From positions 1,344,001-1,408,000 of the forward strand of contig OZ245365.1 of assembly GCA_965226495.1 (NCBI GenBank): a stretch of DNA of 64,000 nt, in the 5' to 3' direction. Numbering within the stretch: the stretch's first letter is position 1; the number at the start of each line of letters is the position of its first letter. The position numbers were made by a program, and so were the translations under genes. This DNA comes from Candidatus Marinacidobacterales bacterium (GTDB lineage: Bacteria; Acidobacteriota; Vicinamibacteria; Marinacidobacterales; DATDRI01). This document shows, piece by piece, positions 60,103 through 64,000 of this stretch. Under the pieces are notes generated by a model, which had not been told where the DNA came from, did not search any database, and worked only from the letters and a program-made list of their open reading frames with translations.

Positions 60103-60834
60103 CTAGGGGATCACGAACTCCTCGGGCTCAAACGGAACGTCGATCAAGAAGGTCTCGTAGACTTCGACGGCCGTCATCTCTCCATTCAGGCCATCCGGGG
60201 ACTGGACCACCTGTTGGCGTTGAACGGGAAAGCCGGTTTCCTTGTTGAGCCACAACTTGGCCTTCGCGGAAGGCTTTCCATTAACATTGACGTCGAACGT
60301 CATCGTCTCGGTGATGACTCCGTCGATCGTTTCCTCGTCATCCCAAGCAAAGTTCGTTACGGTGAGCCAGGTGTGAACGTCGCCGTCGGTTCCCTCGGGG
60401 GCCGAGGCACCACTAAGAACCGCCAGGTTATGGAGGATGCCCATTCGAGTCAGCCCGACGACAATTCCCTCGTTCAAAGCAGCGGGCGCTTCTTCTTCGA
60501 ACGAGTCCGTTCCGTTCCCGACCCACATCTTGGTCCCGTCGGAAACGAGAGCGACGAGGACATTGTTCGATGCGAACTGGCCGGTAAACTGGATACGAGC
60601 ACGATTCCCTTTCGCCAGGATAGCTTTGCCTTCGAAGGCGGATTCGACCGTCCCCGTCGAGCCGGCACCACCCTCTATATGGATCGTCTCCGCCTGGAGC
60701 AGTCTCCTCTCGAGCTGTTGGAACCGCCTCCCGGCCGGGACCTCCGGTTCACCCGTCGGCCAAAAGTCCGAGCAAGATAGCAACGGCAGGACTCCCAACA
60801 TGCTCAAGAGCAATAACTTTGAACGTATCATCAT
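60103..60834 (-). CDS. Hypothetical lipoprotein (possible LolA-like beta-rich fold)
   Basis: Lipobox LLSC; VSDG..MW; LW....TG.P. Confidence 0.65.
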   Translation of the reverse strand: MMIRSKLLLLSMLGVLPLLSCSDFWPTGEPEVPAGRRFQQLERRLLQAETIHIEGGAGSTGTVESAFEGKAILAKGNRARIQFTGQFASNNVLVALVSDGTKMWVGNGTDSFEEEAPAALNEGIVVGLTRMGILHNLAVLSGASAPEGTDGDVHTWLTVTNFAWDDEETIDGVITETMTFDVNVNGKPSAKAKLWLNKETGFPVQRQQVVQSPDGLNGEMTAVEVYETFLIDVPFEPEEFVIP

Positions 60835-60903
60835 CGACAGGTCCTCCCCCGAGACGTCATTCTAAGCGAACCCCGGCATCGGCTTCTAGTTTGAAGCTTT
60901 TTG

Positions 60904-60932
60904 TTGACCCCGCTGGCCGCCTCACGTATTAT
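60904..60932 (+). promoter_or_regulatory. sigma70 promoter
   Basis: TTGACC-N17-TATTAT, 60 bp upstream of the acetamidase. Confidence 0.55.
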
Positions 60933-60991
60933 CCCCCCGCTTGCCAGCCCGGCTGGCGGCGCTAGTGCTCTCAAGATCGGGAGGCTAAATT

Positions 60992-62038
60992 GTGAATAGT
61001 GAGAAAATTATAACTTCTGTTTGGATTCTTGGCGTAATAGGTGTCTTACTCTTTCTTCTATCTTTCACCGCCTGCTCGAGCCCGATGCCCGTGGACTCCG
61101 AAGAGGACGCGCCGGCGTCTCGGGTGGAGCCGCAGTATTTTCTCGGAGCCGACAAGACTCACAATCGTTTCAGCAGCCTCATCCCCCCGGCGCTGGAAGT
61201 ACCTTCTGGATCTGTCATCGAGGTGCAGACCAAGGAGGCGACAGACGGCCAACTCACGTCGGATTCTGTGGCCGGCGATATCTCGAAGCTCGATTTCGAT
61301 CCCATCCACCCCTTGACGGGGCCCATCTACGTCGAGGCGGCCGAGCCTGGGGACGTGCTCGCCGTTACACTTCACGAAATTGAGGTCGGCGATTGGGGCT
61401 GGAGCGCGATAATACCAGGGTTCGGGTTCCTAGCCGAAGATTTTCCCGATCCCTACCTCAAGACGTTTCGCATCGAGAAAGGCGCGACCGAAGTCGCGTT
61501 CACCGACGGCATCTCCTTGCCGATTCGTCCCTTTGCTGGCGTGATGGGAGTGGCTCCGGAAACTGAAGAGATGCTCACGACCATCCCGCCCCGGGCCAAC
61601 GGCGGGAACATGGACAACAAGCATTTGGTCGCGGGCACGACGGTCTATTTTCCTGTCCTGGTAGAAGGAGCGCTCTTTTCCATCGGAGATACGCACGCCG
61701 CGCAGGGGGACGGAGAGGTTTGCGGTACGGGTGTCGAGGCCCCGATGCGAATCGTCTTCCAGTTGGATGTGATCAAAGGCGGGCGATCTTTGGCCGAGCC
61801 CCAGTACGAGACGGACGCTTATTACGCGGTGACGGCATACGCGGAAGACCTCGACGAGGCGGCCAAGAAAGCTACGCTCTACATGATCGGCTACTTGGTG
61901 GAAGAGCGTGGCCTATCGCGAGAAGACGCCTACGTCCTATGCTCCTTGGCAGGGGATCTCAAGATCTCCGAGGTGGTCGACGTGCCGCACGTTCTGGTGA
62001 GTATGCATATGCCGAAGGGCATATTCAGAGACGAGTAA
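60992..62038 (+). CDS. Acetamidase/formamidase family protein (lipoprotein signal)
   Basis: HPLTGPIYV..AEPGD, PF.G.MGVAP, GGNMD, GD.HAAQGDGEV, AY.LCS..GDL. Confidence 0.92.
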   Translation: MNSEKIITSVWILGVIGVLLFLLSFTACSSPMPVDSEEDAPASRVEPQYFLGADKTHNRFSSLIPPALEVPSGSVIEVQTKEATDGQLTSDSVAGDISKLDFDPIHPLTGPIYVEAAEPGDVLAVTLHEIEVGDWGWSAIIPGFGFLAEDFPDPYLKTFRIEKGATEVAFTDGISLPIRPFAGVMGVAPETEEMLTTIPPRANGGNMDNKHLVAGTTVYFPVLVEGALFSIGDTHAAQGDGEVCGTGVEAPMRIVFQLDVIKGGRSLAEPQYETDAYYAVTAYAEDLDEAAKKATLYMIGYLVEERGLSREDAYVLCSLAGDLKISEVVDVPHVLVSMHMPKGIFRDE

Positions 62039-62055
62039 GCTCTTGTTCCTTTATT

Positions 62056-62094
62056 CCCTCGCCCCCTTTGGGGGAGAGGGTAGGGTGAGGGGGG
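62056..62094. repeat. BoxC-like palindromic repeat between convergent genes
   Basis: CCCTCGCCCCCTTTGGGGGAGAGGGTAGGGTGAGGGG; related copies at 63490-63522 and a half copy at ~30961-30981. Confidence 0.75.
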
Positions 62095-62104
62095 CACTAA
62101 AACG

Positions 62105-63457
62105 CTACTGAATATATCCCAGCGCCTTTAACTCCTCTCGAGCCTGCTCGTCGAGGATGGGCGCCCCACCGTCGCGGAGCGTGAATGTGGCAGCAAGCTC
62201 CAGGTTCTCCCGATTCATCTCATCGTAGTAGTCTCGAAGCTCTCTGGCGATGTGCCTATTTGCTTCGGCGACACTCTTGAGCTCCTCAGGATCCACGCTC
62301 AGATTGTAGAGCTCCACGCGCTTGGCGTCGGGGTTGTAGATCAGATGCCAGGGTCCGCGGTGGACTGACACCTGGTTGGGGTGAGTGGCGATCCGAACAC
62401 GCTCTTCGTCTATCTCACCTTCGCCCTTCATCAGCGGGATAAGGTTCACTCCCTGGAAGCGATAGGGTGGCTCCAAGCCGATCGCTGAGAAGACGGTGGG
62501 CATCACATCGATGGACTCCAACGGAACGTCGACTCTCGATGGCGCCATACCGGGGAGCTTGATGATGAGAGGCACTTGCAGCTGCACGTTGTAGGGCCGA
62601 TTGTGACCCACGTAGCGACGCTCTCCAAGGCTCTCTCCATGATCGGACGTGAAGATGATCATCATCTCATCGTAGAGCCCGAGGCGCTTCAGCTCGTCGA
62701 AGAGCCGTCCTAAAGCAGAATCGACGTACTCGACCTCAGCCGCATAGAGATCGCGTACGAATTGGTAGTCCTCGTCTCCCATCACAACCTTGTTGTAGTA
62801 TCGCGCCCCACATTTGCCCGGATCGACGTGGCCTTCGTACCACCCGGCACGTTTGGCCGCGTATTCCTCGGGCGGGGAATAAGGGCAGTGGGGCTCGTAG
62901 GTATGGAGGAAAAGGAAGAACTTATCGTCGTGGTGCTCGCCTAACCAACGGAACGATTCCTTTTCGAAGGCTTCGATTTGATTGGCCCGCGTGATGGGTG
63001 GAAGCTCGATGTACTCGTCAAAGCCCTTCGAGAAGCCGAACTCGGCCTTCAATTGTCCACCGCCCACGATTCCGGTGGTGGTGAATCCGGCCTGCTGTAG
63101 GGTTTCTAGCGGTGAGACCAAGGTTTCTTCTGGAACAGTCGATTTACTCGTCTTGTGGACGCTCGGATAGAGCGAGTACAGGATGGATTTGTGGGACCGA
63201 GCGGTGGAGGACGCGTGGGACAACACATCGGTAAAGATCGTGCTTTCGGAAGCGAAGCGATCGATGTTGGGACTCGTATCGAGCTCCGGGTTGTAGGAGC
63301 CCAAGAAGTCGGGCCGTAGCGTGTCAATGGAAATCAGAAGGACCTTGTCAACCGGTGCAACGATTGGCTCTGAATCCGTGTTCGCGCATCCCCCGATAAG
63401 GCTGATAAAAAGGGCGGCGAGAAGGAATAAAGGGCGGGGTTTTCTAACGTGATTCAT
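62105..63457 (-). CDS. Sulfatase-like / alkaline phosphatase superfamily lipoprotein
   Basis: ISIDTLR.D, T.P.ID, T..SH.S, H.Y.PH.PY, Y..EV...D, TSDHGE, ELY.L..DP.E, L.ALGY; start codon uncertain. Confidence 0.85.
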   Translation of the reverse strand: MNHVRKPRPLFLLAALFISLIGGCANTDSEPIVAPVDKVLLISIDTLRPDFLGSYNPELDTSPNIDRFASESTIFTDVLSHASSTARSHKSILYSLYPSVHKTSKSTVPEETLVSPLETLQQAGFTTTGIVGGGQLKAEFGFSKGFDEYIELPPITRANQIEAFEKESFRWLGEHHDDKFFLFLHTYEPHCPYSPPEEYAAKRAGWYEGHVDPGKCGARYYNKVVMGDEDYQFVRDLYAAEVEYVDSALGRLFDELKRLGLYDEMMIIFTSDHGESLGERRYVGHNRPYNVQLQVPLIIKLPGMAPSRVDVPLESIDVMPTVFSAIGLEPPYRFQGVNLIPLMKGEGEIDEERVRIATHPNQVSVHRGPWHLIYNPDAKRVELYNLSVDPEELKSVAEANRHIARELRDYYDEMNRENLELAATFTLRDGGAPILDEQAREELKALGYIQ

Positions 63458-64000
63458 TCTTTGCTGAAGAGGTTTCTTCATCCTTTAATCCCTCTCCCTC
63501 TGGGAGAGGGCCTGGGTGAGGGTACCTTGCGGTATCTTCGGGAAGCATCAGATTCATCAGTGTAGCAGTAATGGCGCCGATCGCGAGACCAGACTCCAGA
63601 ACGACCTTGATGGATGATAGGAGCATGGCCACGACGGGTTGGTCGATAGACTGATCCAAGTTCCCGGCCCATTCGGGCACCATACTGACTCCTAAACCGA
63701 GCGAAAGTGTAATGGCAAGGATGAGCTCGTTCCGCCTCGTCCAGCCACCCGAGCCGACGATTCTGAGACCAGCGAGCGTCACCGTTGCGAAGAGCACGAT
63801 GGTTGCGCCGCCCAACACCGGTCTCGGCATCAAGCCGACTAGAGCCGCCAGTTTAGGGAAGAGCCCGAGGGAAATCAAGATCCCGGCCACCGCAAAGCCT
63901 ACTCGACGTGCCGCGACCCCGGTCAAGCCGATGACGCCGTTGTTCTGTGAGAACGTGGTGTTGGGCATGGAGTTGAAGATGCCGGCGAGCAGACTTCCGA
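63444..64000 (-). CDS. NCS2 xanthine/uracil permease, partial (5' end outside the window)
   Basis: PNTTFSQNNGVI.LTGVA.R signature, P.PVLGG. Confidence 0.92.
   Translation of the reverse strand, partial: GSLLAGIFNSMPNTTFSQNNGVIGLTGVAARRVGFAVAGILISLGLFPKLAALVGLMPRPVLGGATIVLFATVTLAGLRIVGSGGWTRRNELILAITLSLGLGVSMVPEWAGNLDQSIDQPVVAMLLSSIKVVLESGLAIGAITATLMNLMLPEDTARYPHPGPLPEGEGLKDEETSSAKNESR
63490..63522. repeat. BoxC-like repeat inside the 3' end of the NCS2 gene
   Basis: CCCTCTCCCTCTGGGAGAGGGCCTGGGTGAGGG; translated as PHPGPLPEGEG. Confidence 0.7.

Overview
GC-rich bacterial chromosomal window. The paired DUF507 genes, ADOP permease, VWFA-type VWA protein and several Ser/Thr kinase-beta-propeller/TPR genes suggest Acidobacteriota (inference). 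The main structure is a ~37.5-kb island array (~1.7-39.2 kb) anchored at a tRNA-Asp(GTC). One tyrosine integrase (plus a decayed excisionase-like ORF) lies next to the tRNA. Copies of the tRNA 3' end recur at 8461 (50 bp exact), 16580 (12 bp), 25636 (18/19), 34684 (degenerate) and 39173 (18 bp exact), dividing the cargo into 4.5-9 kb modules whose genes nearly all point toward the tRNA. The first module also carries att-like scars of tRNA-Thr(CGT) and possibly tRNA-Leu(TAA). Cargo: five amidohydrolases, a Tat FAD oxidase with a dihaem cytochrome c, MmuM, three Hanks kinases, an IS-interrupted tandem terminase-small-subunit-like gene, an HNH gene whose promoter-like 3' end occurs three times, and IS1182/IS5-like, IS91-like, IS6 and IS200 elements or remnants. 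39.3-47 kb is a mosaic of short duplications (WYL regulator/VOC, twin 101-aa genes, Kef antiporter, Phd-RelE TA). It is followed by a spermidine-dehydrogenase-like cluster and core-like genes (ADOP, msrA, OCD, acetamidase, sulfatase, NCS2). Two frameshifts are single-G losses in G runs and may be sequencing errors. No CRISPR array or rRNA was seen. All calls come from reading the sequence by eye; no database searches were run.
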